DNA of 64,000 bases, from the IMG/VR virus record IMGVR_UViG_3300015360_000035, one strand, 5' to 3'. The number at the start of each line of letters is the position of its first letter. Within the stretch, counting starts at the first letter, position 1. This stretch comes from an uncultured virus (IMG/VR IMGVR_UViG_3300015360_000035) (Duplodnaviria; Heunggongvirae; Uroviricota; Caudoviricetes). The notes under the pieces were generated by a model. It saw only the letters and a program-made list of their open reading frames with translations, did not search any database and was not told the DNA's origin. Both the position numbers and the translations under genes were made by a program. Positions 47,722-57,870 of the stretch are shown here, one piece after another.

Positions 47722-48987
47722 ATGGCTCAATTAAAAGATGATAATGAAGAAGTATCTCCAGAACAACAACCAGAAGCTTCAGATTTTATTAAGCGATTAG
47801 CCACATTAGGTGGAGCTAAACCAGGAGCACCTTCTTCTTTGTCTAACTCTCTTAATACTTTATTAGGAAATGATGACCTAGCTGCAGCTCAGCAATCCCG
47901 AAACAACATGCAACTTCTTTCAATGCTAGGTAGAGCTGGTAGCACTGCTGGCGCAGCATTAGCTCCTATGTCCGGTGTAAAACCTTCTAATGAATTTTTT
48001 GATGTGCTCGATAAGCAAGCTCAACAACCTATTCAGGATGTGCAGGATAAACAAAATCTAGCTCAACAGAAAGTAAAGACTGCTTTAGTTCAAGCTGGAT
48101 TAACTAATGAATTAGCTAAAGAAGATTCTGCCAGTTCATTTTCGAAAATTACTAGAAAAATTGCACAAGACACTGCTGATAAAGCTGGTATGCATCTTAA
48201 AATTCCAGATACTATTTCTGCTAGTAATTTAGAAAAATTAATGCCCGGTATTACTTCTCAAGCCAACAGAAAAATTCAACAAGAAGGATTATCTGCAGGA
48301 CGCGAAGAAAAGGCTTCTAAGGACAAAGATAAAGAACTTACTAAATTATCTACTAAAATGGGTGAAGACTTAGATCCAAACAGATTTAGATCTGGAGAAA
48401 TGGGCAAAAATCAAGCTCGTATCAATAGTGCTGAACGTATTGAAGCTCTTATGAAACAGTTTCCAGATGGTAATATTCCTAAGATTCAAACTCGTGAGTT
48501 GGCTTCTTCTGTTGCTGCTTTATTAACCAGCGGTAATCAAACTGCTGTTTCTCAAATTAATGAATTAGTTCCTCATACTTTAAAAGGTAGCGGAGCCAGC
48601 ATTGCTGAATGGTTTACAGGAAATCCTACTGGGCTACAACAACAATCATTTATTAAAATGTTTGTGGACACGGCAGAACGAGAAAAACAAACTGCGGTAA
48701 GACAAGTTGCGCAAGCTCAGATTAAGAAAGCCTATAGCACCCATCATAAACTACTGGAGAAATCTCCTGATGATTTTTATACTATTTTATCAAGAGGCTC
48801 TGGATTAGATACAGATGAACTTAAAGCTATTGAAGCTCAACCAGGGTTTGCTAAAGGTAAATATGACCTTCCTGGATCTGCCCCTAAACAAGAAATATCA
48901 TCTGAAGATAAGCAAGCTATTGATTGGGCGAAAAGTAACCCTAGTGATCCTAGAGCTAAGAAAATCTTAGAAATGCATGGAATGTAA
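47722..48987 (+). CDS. Probable ejection protein
   Basis: Context and composition. Confidence 0.55.
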   Translation: MAQLKDDNEEVSPEQQPEASDFIKRLATLGGAKPGAPSSLSNSLNTLLGNDDLAAAQQSRNNMQLLSMLGRAGSTAGAALAPMSGVKPSNEFFDVLDKQAQQPIQDVQDKQNLAQQKVKTALVQAGLTNELAKEDSASSFSKITRKIAQDTADKAGMHLKIPDTISASNLEKLMPGITSQANRKIQQEGLSAGREEKASKDKDKELTKLSTKMGEDLDPNRFRSGEMGKNQARINSAERIEALMKQFPDGNIPKIQTRELASSVAALLTSGNQTAVSQINELVPHTLKGSGASIAEWFTGNPTGLQQQSFIKMFVDTAEREKQTAVRQVAQAQIKKAYSTHHKLLEKSPDDFYTILSRGSGLDTDELKAIEAQPGFAKGKYDLPGSAPKQEISSEDKQAIDWAKSNPSDPRAKKILEMHGM

Positions 48988-48989
48988 AA

Positions 48990-50594
48990 ATGGCGTTTAA
49001 TCCTGATAAGTACCTAGCTAAGAAGAGTGGATCAGAGTTCGATCCAGACGCTTACCTTGCCTCTAAGAGTGGTCAAAATGACTCTGATGCTTCTCCGCTA
49101 CAGTCCGCAGCAGAAGGCGCTGTAGAAGGGCTTACAGCTGGTTTAGCGCCTGTTCTTGGTGGTATATCTCTTACTGCTTTGGACACTTTGTCCGGAGTTA
49201 TTAAACCTCAAGACATACTTGAACGCTATAGACAATACAGAGATTCTGATAAAGCTAAATCTGAAGCTTTGAAAGAACAAAATCCTAAATCCTTTTTAGG
49301 TGGAGAAGTTGTTGGTACCATACTTCCTGCATTATTAACTGGTGGAGCAAGCTCTGTATCCTCTGCTGCTGAAGCTGGTGCTAAATATGGAGCAGCTCAA
49401 GCCTTAGGATCTACTCCTGCTGATATTTCAAAGGGCGAAATAGTTCCTGCTGCGTTGGATGTTGGAACTGGAGCTGCTGGTGGAGCATTGCTAGGTGCTG
49501 CTGGTGAGAAGTTATTAGGCGCTCTATCAAAAACTCCTGGAATGTTAAATAAATATGCAGCTAAGAAAGCGGTATCTGCAATTGGTTCAACTAAAGGTCA
49601 ATTGAAGAATCTTATTAAAGAAGATAAACTCATACCTCAAGGCGAAGAATTATTAAAGTCTGGTATTGTTTCTCCATTTAGAGGAACAGAAGGGATGCTT
49701 GATAAAGCTGAACAAACAGTTGAATCTTCTGGTAAAGAAATTGGAGATATTCTTTCTAAAATAGACAATGTCTCAATAAACGAAAATCCTGAATTAAAAC
49801 AACAGTTTTTCAATCCTCAATCTGTTGTCAATAGTATTAAAGAATTGCAACAAGGGTTTACTAAGAATGGTAGGATTTTACCAACATTTGAATCTGAATA
49901 CAATAAGCTAGATAAAGCGGTAGCAACTATTGAAGCTTTTGGATCTGAACCTATTTCCTTTAAAGAAGCTAATGAACTAAAATCTTTAATAAGTAAAACT
50001 GCTTATGGTGATCAAGGTAAATTAGAAGATAAATTGATGGGTCAAGTTCGAGGTATTATTAATGATAATATTGAGCAAGCTGCTGATAAAGTTGCTCAAG
50101 CATCTGGTGATACTGATTTACTTAAAAAATATATAGAAAATAAACAAACTTATGGAGCAGCTAAACAAGCAGTTAACTCCCTTACTGGTAAGGTTGCTAC
50201 TGACATTAAAGCTAATGATTTAGGGTTAACAGATTACATTGCTGGATCTGCTGCTGCTTTAGCTCATGGTGGACCAGGTGCAGTTGCTGCTGTTGGTCTA
50301 AAGAAACTAGCAAGTTCTTATGGTAAATCTTTACAAGCTACTGGAGCTAAAAGTGCAGCTAATGTAATGAGTTCTATTGCCACTGCAGCATCTAGAGCAC
50401 CAGAGGGTTTAAAGAACATTGGCGAACGTTTAATTAAAAGTGATAGTGACCTTGAGAATAAATTAGGAAATATCTTAATTGAAGCTGCGGGTCGAGATGA
50501 AACCGGTAGAAATGCTTTAATCTTCTCTTTAATGCAAACGTCGAAATACAGAGAATTAATGAAAGAAATATTTGATCATAATGTAGCAAAATAA
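48990..50594 (+). CDS. Probable large ejection protein
   Basis: 'FNPDKYL..FDPDAYL' N-terminus; Gly/Ala-rich segments. Confidence 0.6.
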   Translation: MAFNPDKYLAKKSGSEFDPDAYLASKSGQNDSDASPLQSAAEGAVEGLTAGLAPVLGGISLTALDTLSGVIKPQDILERYRQYRDSDKAKSEALKEQNPKSFLGGEVVGTILPALLTGGASSVSSAAEAGAKYGAAQALGSTPADISKGEIVPAALDVGTGAAGGALLGAAGEKLLGALSKTPGMLNKYAAKKAVSAIGSTKGQLKNLIKEDKLIPQGEELLKSGIVSPFRGTEGMLDKAEQTVESSGKEIGDILSKIDNVSINENPELKQQFFNPQSVVNSIKELQQGFTKNGRILPTFESEYNKLDKAVATIEAFGSEPISFKEANELKSLISKTAYGDQGKLEDKLMGQVRGIINDNIEQAADKVAQASGDTDLLKKYIENKQTYGAAKQAVNSLTGKVATDIKANDLGLTDYIAGSAAALAHGGPGAVAAVGLKKLASSYGKSLQATGAKSAANVMSSIATAASRAPEGLKNIGERLIKSDSDLENKLGNILIEAAGRDETGRNALIFSLMQTSKYRELMKEIFDHNVAK

Positions 50595-50607
50595 GATGAA
50601 GTGAGTT

Positions 50608-50898
50608 ATGAGTGATTTAGATTGGTTAAAAACTGCAATTGAAAAAATAGATGAAAAGATGGACAAATTAGATAATCGTTTGGATAATCAAAATGTTGTC
50701 CTTGCTGAACAAAAGACTATTTTAGAAGAACATCAAAGACGTTCATTAGCCAGTGAAGAAAATCTAGATATGCTCAGACAAGAATTTAAACCTGTTGAAA
50801 AGCATGTTCAAATTGTAAATTTTATATTTAAAGCTATTGGATTTATTGCAACCATTTCTGGTGGTATACTTGCAATTATTAAGTTCTTAGTTTCTTAA
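50608..50898 (+). CDS. Coiled-coil plus C-terminal TM protein (holin/XhlA-like)
   Basis: Heptads followed by a hydrophobic tail. Confidence 0.45.
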   Translation: MSDLDWLKTAIEKIDEKMDKLDNRLDNQNVVLAEQKTILEEHQRRSLASEENLDMLRQEFKPVEKHVQIVNFIFKAIGFIATISGGILAIIKFLVS

Positions 50899-51316
50899 TT
50901 TTTAGTTTATTCTTAATATCTAACAATCTTATTAAAGAATCTTCTGTTTTCATATTAACATTTTTCTCTTGCTCATTCATCATTTTCTTTTCGCCATGTA
51001 ATATTTTATTAGCTTTTGTAATTGAAAAGGCATCTCGGTTACGAGCATTATTAGCATCATTGATTTCTTTCTTACCTAAATCAAACTTTCTATACTTTCC
51101 AGTACTTTTAACTTTTCTATGAACAGTACGTTCTTTATGTAGACGTTCTCCAGGATGGTTGAATTCTCCGCTAATGTATTCTAAATTAAAATTATTAAGC
51201 CATTCTTTTTCTTTAGGGTTTAGTTTATGAACATAGTCTATTTCATATAACTCATGTCTTACTTTAATATCTCCGTTCTTTGTTAGGCCGGGATATTTAT
51301 CTTTACTCTTTCTCAT
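50879..51316 (-). CDS. Basic hypothetical protein
   Basis: ORF track. Confidence 0.6.
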   Translation of the reverse strand: MRKSKDKYPGLTKNGDIKVRHELYEIDYVHKLNPKEKEWLNNFNLEYISGEFNHPGERLHKERTVHRKVKSTGKYRKFDLGKKEINDANNARNRDAFSITKANKILHGEKKMMNEQEKNVNMKTEDSLIRLLDIKNKLKIKKLRT

Positions 51317-51636
51317 TTTACCTTGATCTTTAAATTATCGACTTTATTTAATAATTCTATGGGGTCATAGTTAAGTTTATAATATTTTATTGAGCTTTTG
51401 AATTCAGTAAACAATAATGCAAAATCATAAAAGAACATTCTTTGTTTTACTGGTTTACCAGACCATTGTTTATAAGCTTGAAAAATAATTCTCGGTCTGA
51501 TTCGGTTCTTACCTTTTTTAATATTTAAAGTTAGAACAAAAGTGTGTACATCATTAATACCTTTTCTAGATTTCTTACTGAGAACTTGTTTATTATCTTC
51601 TGCAATTCTAAGTAACTCTTTTATATCTATGGGCAT
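51313..51636 (-). CDS. Hypothetical protein
   Basis: ORF track. Confidence 0.55.
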   Translation of the reverse strand: MPIDIKELLRIAEDNKQVLSKKSRKGINDVHTFVLTLNIKKGKNRIRPRIIFQAYKQWSGKPVKQRMFFYDFALLFTEFKSSIKYYKLNYDPIELLNKVDNLKIKVK

Positions 51637-51827
51637 TATTCATCTAATATTTTATCAAATTCTTGATCAATTAATACAATTTCTATATGATTTCTAACAT
51701 CTCGTAAATGTCTAAAGTACTGAACTTTATTTTTAGTTTTAAATTTCCATCTACCTAAGATTTCATCATTTTCAATCTTAGGTTCAAATAACTCAAAAAC
51801 TTTAAAATGCTTATGGATAATCTTCAA
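51636..51827 (-). CDS. Hypothetical protein with degenerate tag (IDQEFDKILDE)
   Basis: ORF track. Confidence 0.55.
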   Translation of the reverse strand: MKIIHKHFKVFELFEPKIENDEILGRWKFKTKNKVQYFRHLRDVRNHIEIVLIDQEFDKILDE

Positions 51828-52315
51828 AAGGAAATTCCTACAGAAGCACCCACATCAGTACTCTTATAAACAAAAGCACCTAAATGGAAGGGTCCAAGTA
51901 TTCTTCTTTGAACTTGTAGTCCATAATCTGGTACTGGGTTATTTATGTTAGCTTTAACAACTACAGACAATAGCCATTGATCATGACTAGATTCAGTAGT
52001 TTTTTCTGTTTCTTTAGTTATTTCTGTTTCCTTAACTACATCAACTTTACCATTTTCAGAAACAATCATCTCGCCTTTATCTACAATTTTAGTCTCAATT
52101 GTTTTGGTGCCATCAGGTTTAATAGTTACAAGCTTAATAGTAATCTTATCATTCTTTTTAGTTGTATCTTTTTCGTATATTTTCTTTACAACAACACGAT
52201 CTTTATAAACAAGCTTTTCTTTTTCCACAACCTTAGTAGGAACAGTATAGCGTCCAACAGCAAAAGCAGATAGAATAACTACTGAACCAATAATAACTTT
52301 ATATTTAGTATCCAT
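51824..52315 (-). CDS. Membrane-anchored protein with beta-stranded C-terminus ending in Phe (spanin candidate)
   Basis: N-terminal TM, K/E/T-rich linker, 'YGLQVQRRILGPFHLGAFV..VGASVGISF'. Confidence 0.5.
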   Translation of the reverse strand: MDTKYKVIIGSVVILSAFAVGRYTVPTKVVEKEKLVYKDRVVVKKIYEKDTTKKNDKITIKLVTIKPDGTKTIETKIVDKGEMIVSENGKVDVVKETEITKETEKTTESSHDQWLLSVVVKANINNPVPDYGLQVQRRILGPFHLGAFVYKSTDVGASVGISF

Positions 52316-52317
52316 AA

Positions 52318-52968
52318 TTACCTTAGTTTGGGGAATATGCCGAAAAAACCTTGAAGAGGAGTTACTTGCACTGAATTATCTCCTATAGAAGAAATAATTG
52401 CTACTGCTTGTCCAGTTACTGTATCGATTACTGGACCACCACTCATACCATGAAAAAATAATCCCTTACCATCAATCTTATCATATGTATTTGATTTAAC
52501 ATAGAAAACATTACAAATAACTTGAGAATCGCCTCTAGGATATCCGCAAGCTATAAAATCTGGGTGACTAAATAAATAATCATCATAGAAATTAGGTACA
52601 AGGGATTTGAAGTCGCTAAAGTTGCCAGTTAATAAACCAATATCACTAGAAGAGTCATATCCAACCGCAAGAACCTCTACATAACTATTAGAGTTATTAT
52701 AGTAAGCTTTTAATTTATGCTTAGTCAATTCTCCAGATACATTTATACAATGAGCTGCAGTGAGTGCATAGGTATCATCAATTACAAAAGCAGAACAAGA
52801 AAGCATATTAACATCGTCAACAAGCCTAAGTCCTGGATTATTGCCAGTTAATTTAAATGTTCCTATTTTCTTAGATAAAGGAAGAACATCAAAGTCTTTG
52901 GTAGTACAAGCCTTATAGCTCATACTACCAACAATAATCAATAATACTGCTAAAATGAAACGTCTCAT
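52318..52968 (-). CDS. Exported trypsin-like serine protease
   Basis: TAAHC, SDIGLL, GMSGGP; signal peptide. Confidence 0.85.
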   Translation of the reverse strand: MRRFILAVLLIIVGSMSYKACTTKDFDVLPLSKKIGTFKLTGNNPGLRLVDDVNMLSCSAFVIDDTYALTAAHCINVSGELTKHKLKAYYNNSNSYVEVLAVGYDSSSDIGLLTGNFSDFKSLVPNFYDDYLFSHPDFIACGYPRGDSQVICNVFYVKSNTYDKIDGKGLFFHGMSGGPVIDTVTGQAVAIISSIGDNSVQVTPLQGFFGIFPKLR

Positions 52969-53711
52969 TCAGATACCAAGTCAAAATATCGTTTTTGATC
53001 GCTGAAATTCATTACTTCTGGGGCAGGTTTGGCATCAGTCTCAACATCAACTAGCTCATCAACAAAATGATATTCTTTTGCATCTTCAGCATCGATCCAT
53101 TTCTGAGAAACAATTTGCGTTTTAAATTCGAGAAAGGAAATACCAGAACGTTTGGCAATATAAGCATCGGCTTTATCTACATAACGAATGATTGTACCTA
53201 GTTGTGACTGCATCTCTTCTAAAGAGCCTCGTACACCACCAGCAGCTGGGTGTGCCATAAGCATACTTCGATCTACAGCTAAGCGAGTTGCTCCATACTG
53301 ATGAATGATGAACGCCATACTTGCACAAAGTCCCATACATACGGTGTGAACTTTAGCAGGAGAAGCTTCCATTGCAGATACAACAAGGGAACCATCGAGC
53401 ACACTACCGCCAGGACTATCGATAAGAAGATACAAATCTTTCTCTGATTTAGCTTTACGATGAATCTCTTCAATAAAATCTTGAGAATTAGATCCAATGG
53501 GTCCTCGTACAAAAATAATTTGTGATTCTTTAAGAATCAAGCGTCTAATCTTCTTTTCAGAAGAAACTTCTTTGGTAACTGAAGGAGCTATGGTTTTATC
53601 AATGATAGCTGGGGTTACATTTACAGATGTTGTGCCTTTTGTTCCTAGAAACACACTAGCACCTACAGTAGCAATTAAACTTGACAATACTATCAATACT
53701 TTTAAATTCAT
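52965..53711 (-). CDS. ClpP-like protease with N-terminal signal/TM segment
   Basis: 'IDSPGGSV', 'CASMA', 'MAHP', 'WIDAEDAKEYHFVD'. Confidence 0.85.
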   Translation of the reverse strand: MNLKVLIVLSSLIATVGASVFLGTKGTTSVNVTPAIIDKTIAPSVTKEVSSEKKIRRLILKESQIIFVRGPIGSNSQDFIEEIHRKAKSEKDLYLLIDSPGGSVLDGSLVVSAMEASPAKVHTVCMGLCASMAFIIHQYGATRLAVDRSMLMAHPAAGGVRGSLEEMQSQLGTIIRYVDKADAYIAKRSGISFLEFKTQIVSQKWIDAEDAKEYHFVDELVDVETDAKPAPEVMNFSDQKRYFDLVSE

Positions 53712-53911
53712 TCTTTATCCTTACCTGTTAATACAGGGGTTTTCATTTTCGTAAAGTACTCTGCGCTATTGCCTAATACAAACGTAAAGTAAATTACTTC
53801 CATAAAATTTGTAAAGTTTGTAGGAATATCACCTTTTAATAGTGTAATGACTGTTGCAATTACCAACAGTACTAAAGCTCCTATTAATTTTCTGGCACTT
53901 GTATAATGCAT
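53708..53911 (-). CDS. Two-TM holin-like protein (leaderless)
   Basis: 'RKLI' then two hydrophobic helices; 'GNSAE'. Confidence 0.5.
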   Translation of the reverse strand: MHYTSARKLIGALVLLVIATVITLLKGDIPTNFTNFMEVIYFTFVLGNSAEYFTKMKTPVLTGKDKE

Positions 53912-53917
53912 AATAGT

Positions 53918-53946
53918 ATAATATAAGTTATAATAGATTTAGTCAA
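53918..53946 (-). promoter_or_regulatory. sigma70-like promoter, leaderless
   Basis: TTGACT-N17-TATTAT-N6-ATG. Confidence 0.65.
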
Positions 53947-53949
53947 CTA

Positions 53950-54195
53950 TTATTTTAAAATATCTTCTAGATTTTTATTAAAATTATAAAGTTTTTCATC
54001 GTCTGGATAAATAAACCAATCGGATGATTGAGTACTCAAATAACTAGAGTGATCTTTTATAGAATGAGTAAAACCTTGGGTATCAATGAATGTGACTTCC
54101 GATATTTTTTTATACCACCAATAGCCTATTGAGTTGTACATCCAAGCAGCACTTTGTATTCTCATTCCAGTATCTAATGCTTCTATAAACGTCAT
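53950..54195 (-). CDS. 'KEALxTG' paralog family member 3, with C-terminal tag
   Basis: MTFIEALDTGMRI...WYKKI...IYPDDEKLYNFNKNLEDILK. Confidence 0.8.
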   Translation of the reverse strand: MTFIEALDTGMRIQSAAWMYNSIGYWWYKKISEVTFIDTQGFTHSIKDHSSYLSTQSSDWFIYPDDEKLYNFNKNLEDILK

Positions 54196-54617
54196 TCTAG
54201 TACTCTATCTAATTCTTTATTAAAGTTCTCAGACTTAATAATATTATTAACATCTAATAATGTTCCTCTAAATATTACTTCATAACTATCCCTATTTAGA
54301 GAATGAGTGATATCACCATAAAATATTCCGGCATAGTTATTAGATTTAATATTAAAAAAAGCTTTAAAATTTTCAAAATTATCAAGAGCTCCTTTATTAA
54401 TTTCTTTTAATAAATACTTATCTGGTAAATAAATTACATAAAAAATAGATTCTGCTAATTTAGAGAATTCTATAATAATTTCTTTATTATTAACATTAAT
54501 CTTGCTTTTTAGATAATAATCCCACCAATACTCTACCTTATCAATTTTATGAGGTATTTGATTATTGATTTCTTTTATTAATCCTTCAAGATGTTTTTGT
54601 AATTTTTCAATCTTCAT
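54192..54617 (-). CDS. Hypothetical protein with C-terminal tag (FNKELDRVLE)
   Basis: ORF track; motif. Confidence 0.7.
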   Translation of the reverse strand: MKIEKLQKHLEGLIKEINNQIPHKIDKVEYWWDYYLKSKINVNNKEIIIEFSKLAESIFYVIYLPDKYLLKEINKGALDNFENFKAFFNIKSNNYAGIFYGDITHSLNRDSYEVIFRGTLLDVNNIIKSENFNKELDRVLE

Positions 54618-54985
54618 TTCTTTTTCTTCTTATTGAAATGTCTTTGATTTTGATTATTTAAACTCTTTTTTTCATGGCATGAGAGGCAAAGTGTTTGAAA
54701 GTTTTCTTCATCGCATAATAATCTAGGTATATAATTATTCCAATCAATAAAACCTTCATTACCTATAACTTCTATAATATGATCCATTTGCTTTTCTTTG
54801 CTAGTCAAATCGGCTTTGCCACAGGATTCGCAAGTCCATGAAACTCTTTTTACCTGAGTTCCTTTTTTAGATGTTATATAAAATTCTTTTTTTGTTCTAT
54901 TAAGAGCTTTTAATCTAGGTCCCCATTTTAAAGACAAACGTCTTAACTGATGCAAGATCCAGTTGCGCTTATGTATCTCATTCAT
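54614..54985 (-). CDS. HNH endonuclease-like protein
   Basis: CESC...DHI...N.QTLCLSCH.KK. Confidence 0.8.
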   Translation of the reverse strand: MNEIHKRNWILHQLRRLSLKWGPRLKALNRTKKEFYITSKKGTQVKRVSWTCESCGKADLTSKEKQMDHIIEVIGNEGFIDWNNYIPRLLCDEENFQTLCLSCHEKKSLNNQNQRHFNKKKKK

Positions 54986-55255
54986 TTCTGCACTTTCCTA
55001 TAGCCACAATTACAAATTATTAACTTCTTAATACCCAAATCAATAAGCTCAAGTTCATTATCACAATTAGGGCACAAATTTTTTCTAGTCTTTCGTCTAT
55101 CTTCTATTTCTTCTTTAACAAACTCTTCCGATTGATCATCAACACTTGATTCATATAGATGTTTTCTTTTTTCGCTTCTAGATAAGCTTTTCCTAAGTTT
55201 TCGAAGTTCAGAACGCAGATGCTCAATTTCTTTACTTTTAGATTTAGACAAGATA

Positions 55256-55690
55256 TTATTTACCGCTCGCTCCCCATCCTCTATCATTTCTACTACTTGT
55301 ACCAATGTCATCAACAAGTAGCGGTTCTGGTGTAATAATAGGATAGATGACCGCTTGGGCAATTCGATCATACTTATTGATGCTTAAAACCTGATTAGAG
55401 ACGTTTTGTAGAGTTACTGATAGTTCTCCCTTATAAGGTGAATCAACTACTCCTCCAAGAACAGCCCAGCCTGCTAATGCCATGCTAGATCTGGTATGAA
55501 TGTGTAAATAATATCCTGAAGGGATGTTTGCTGCAATGCCTGTGCTGAATCTAAACCGTTCTCCAGGATGAACTTCTGTATATCCATTAATGGTGTATAA
55601 GTCTAAACCAGCATCTTGATCATTAGACCTAGTAGGCAGCTTAGCATCTGGGTGTAGTTTCTTAATAGGAAGGTATTGTCTTTCAATCAT
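55256..55690 (-). CDS. dut: Trimeric dUTPase
   Basis: AGLDL, RSS, GVVDSPYKGE, RIAQ, RGWGASG. Confidence 0.92.
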   Translation of the reverse strand: MIERQYLPIKKLHPDAKLPTRSNDQDAGLDLYTINGYTEVHPGERFRFSTGIAANIPSGYYLHIHTRSSMALAGWAVLGGVVDSPYKGELSVTLQNVSNQVLSINKYDRIAQAVIYPIITPEPLLVDDIGTSSRNDRGWGASGK

Positions 55691-55701
55691 AAGTATTCTC
55701 T

Positions 55702-56028
55702 TTATAGTTTATTTATAAAAAAGTTAAAAACTTCATCACTTTTATCAGTGAGTTCTTTGCAGTACTTTCCCATTAATGATGCTGCAGTTTCTTCTATTTG
55801 ATCCTTTGATAAGAAAGCTGATTCTGTATGGGTACTATCAAAATAGCAATGAAATAACTCATGTCTAATAGTTTCAATTGTGAATCTATCTTTTCTTAAG
55901 TAAACATTATAAGTGTTAGTATCAGTCACACCATCGGCAGCTTTAAAAGATTTACCATTTACTTTAAGAAATTGTCTGGGTCCTAATAAATGAATAGTCC
56001 ATACTGTATTTACTATCTGAATCTTCAT
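55702..56028 (-). CDS. Small HExxH metallopeptidase-like protein (leaderless)
   Basis: 'TIRHELFHC...EE'. Confidence 0.6.
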   Translation of the reverse strand: MKIQIVNTVWTIHLLGPRQFLKVNGKSFKAADGVTDTNTYNVYLRKDRFTIETIRHELFHCYFDSTHTESAFLSKDQIEETAASLMGKYCKELTDKSDEVFNFFINKL

Positions 56029-56034
56029 AAAACT

Positions 56035-56063
56035 ATGTTACCCTATGCTTAATAATTAAGCAA
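56035..56063 (-). promoter_or_regulatory. sigma70-like promoter, leaderless
   Basis: TTGCTT-N17-TAACAT-N6-ATG. Confidence 0.6.
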
Positions 56064-56064
56064 C

Positions 56065-57699
56065 TTATAATTTCCATTTTCCTCTAATAGAGTTAATAAG
56101 TTGTCTCATTCCATTTTCGTATAGTACCACAGAACTGTGTACCCAAGCACTAGCTCCAGTATTGTAACTTAGCTTTAGATAGCTTGATGTTCCAACAGAC
56201 CAAGCTCCTCTAAGAATTTCAGGAACATGACTGTGACCACTAATACTAAACCCATAAGCCTTTTCCATTGATTTAAGGCTACCTCGTGCTCCATTGGCAC
56301 CTTTATCTCCATGACATCCTAATTCAATGCCAGCAATCTTATAATCGACATCTCTGTCTAGCCAAGTAACTTTTTCAGGGTTGTCTAATCCGATTAGGGT
56401 TTCAATTGCATATTTTAAAGGTTCTTTACCTTCAAGGGCAGCAGTTACTAATTTAGAAGCAAATAAGTAGTTATGTGGATCTTCAATATACTTGGATTCT
56501 CGTAAGTAATAATCTAGGAAGTCATCATGATTGGATCTAACAATAGTCACTTCACATTTCTTAGTCATCTCATTCAAATCTTTAGCATATCCTCTAAGCT
56601 CAGCTTCTAGGCTTAGTTTATTTTGTGCAGCAAGCTTTGCTCGTAATATGCGATTCTTTTGCTCATGGTGATTAATAGAGCTACCATCAAACCCATCATG
56701 AATAATAAGCTTAGGAACCTTAAGAGTTTTAACTACTTTATACCAAGACTTCTTAGCTGTAGGATCTGTAGCTCCGCTATGCCAGTCTCCTAGAATAAAT
56801 GCAGCGGGTGCAACATCTTCAACGCTACTACCTTTATAGAACTTACCAAGGTCAATAAAATGTCCTACTCGGTTGGCTTGGATTTGTCTAAAGTGAAAGA
56901 TTGTATTATCTTGAATCTCTACAATAATACCACCAAGCACATGGTCATTCTTGGCAATATAGGAAGTACGTTCGCTCATAAACTTAGTGCTAACATAATT
57001 AGACTTAGTAATTGCTCCTGTAGTCATAATAACATTAGGAATTTTAGTATTTGAGTTAGCTACTGGTTTCATACGCTGTTTAGGAGAAGCATAGATGAAT
57101 GATCCATTCTTTTGTCCAATGCGGTCTAGTCCAGTGAGGGGATCAATTTGCTTAGCTCCTAGTTTAATATTACTAAGAAATAGATTTTTATTAAGTGACA
57201 TTTCAGATAAGATAATATTTCTACCATCAAGTTGTTTATCTAAAGCATTACCTCCAGCACTGCCAGGATCTGAGGTAAGAAGGATAAGTAAGCAAGCATC
57301 ATTTACTTTACAGTAGTTATCCAAGCTTTCTAGAAAACCTTTATGCACGATGCTTCCAGTTACTGCTGTAGTGATTATAAAACGTTTATACTTAGTAAGT
57401 TCTTTGCTTAAAGTCTTAATGCGCTTCTTAGCAAATAGTTCATCATCAATAACGCTTTTAAGTTCTAGGGGATAGTTGTCTTTAACAAAGCTCTTAAGTT
57501 TAGAGAAGTTACCAAAATGATCTCTAATTCGATCTCGGCTTATTCCAGATTGAACTAGTTGAGATCTTGTAGGATGGAACTTATTCTTTTTTGCTAATTG
57601 TAAATACTTATCAACAATGGGCTTTTGAGTTTTCTTAATTTTCATTCTTTTTTCCTTTAGATTTCTTGATAGTTTCATTCTCTTCTTTGTAACTTTCAA
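56065..57699 (-). CDS. Calcineurin-like metallophosphoesterase-domain protein
   Basis: GDWH, HDGFDG, SNHD, CHGD, GHSH. Confidence 0.8.
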   Translation of the reverse strand: MKVTKKRMKLSRNLKEKRMKIKKTQKPIVDKYLQLAKKNKFHPTRSQLVQSGISRDRIRDHFGNFSKLKSFVKDNYPLELKSVIDDELFAKKRIKTLSKELTKYKRFIITTAVTGSIVHKGFLESLDNYCKVNDACLLILLTSDPGSAGGNALDKQLDGRNIILSEMSLNKNLFLSNIKLGAKQIDPLTGLDRIGQKNGSFIYASPKQRMKPVANSNTKIPNVIMTTGAITKSNYVSTKFMSERTSYIAKNDHVLGGIIVEIQDNTIFHFRQIQANRVGHFIDLGKFYKGSSVEDVAPAAFILGDWHSGATDPTAKKSWYKVVKTLKVPKLIIHDGFDGSSINHHEQKNRILRAKLAAQNKLSLEAELRGYAKDLNEMTKKCEVTIVRSNHDDFLDYYLRESKYIEDPHNYLFASKLVTAALEGKEPLKYAIETLIGLDNPEKVTWLDRDVDYKIAGIELGCHGDKGANGARGSLKSMEKAYGFSISGHSHVPEILRGAWSVGTSSYLKLSYNTGASAWVHSSVVLYENGMRQLINSIRGKWKL

Positions 57700-57870
57700 T
57701 TATGCTCTTTTGTTCTTTAATTACAACTAAAACTCTGGCTACTGGTACATAATAATTAAAAGGCTTTAAAGATCTTTCGGTTAAATCTAATACTTTTAAT
57801 ATTGCTATTAGATGAGGAAGTACTATTTTAGATTGTTTATAGTCTTTAAGATTATGAATGCTCATTAAAC

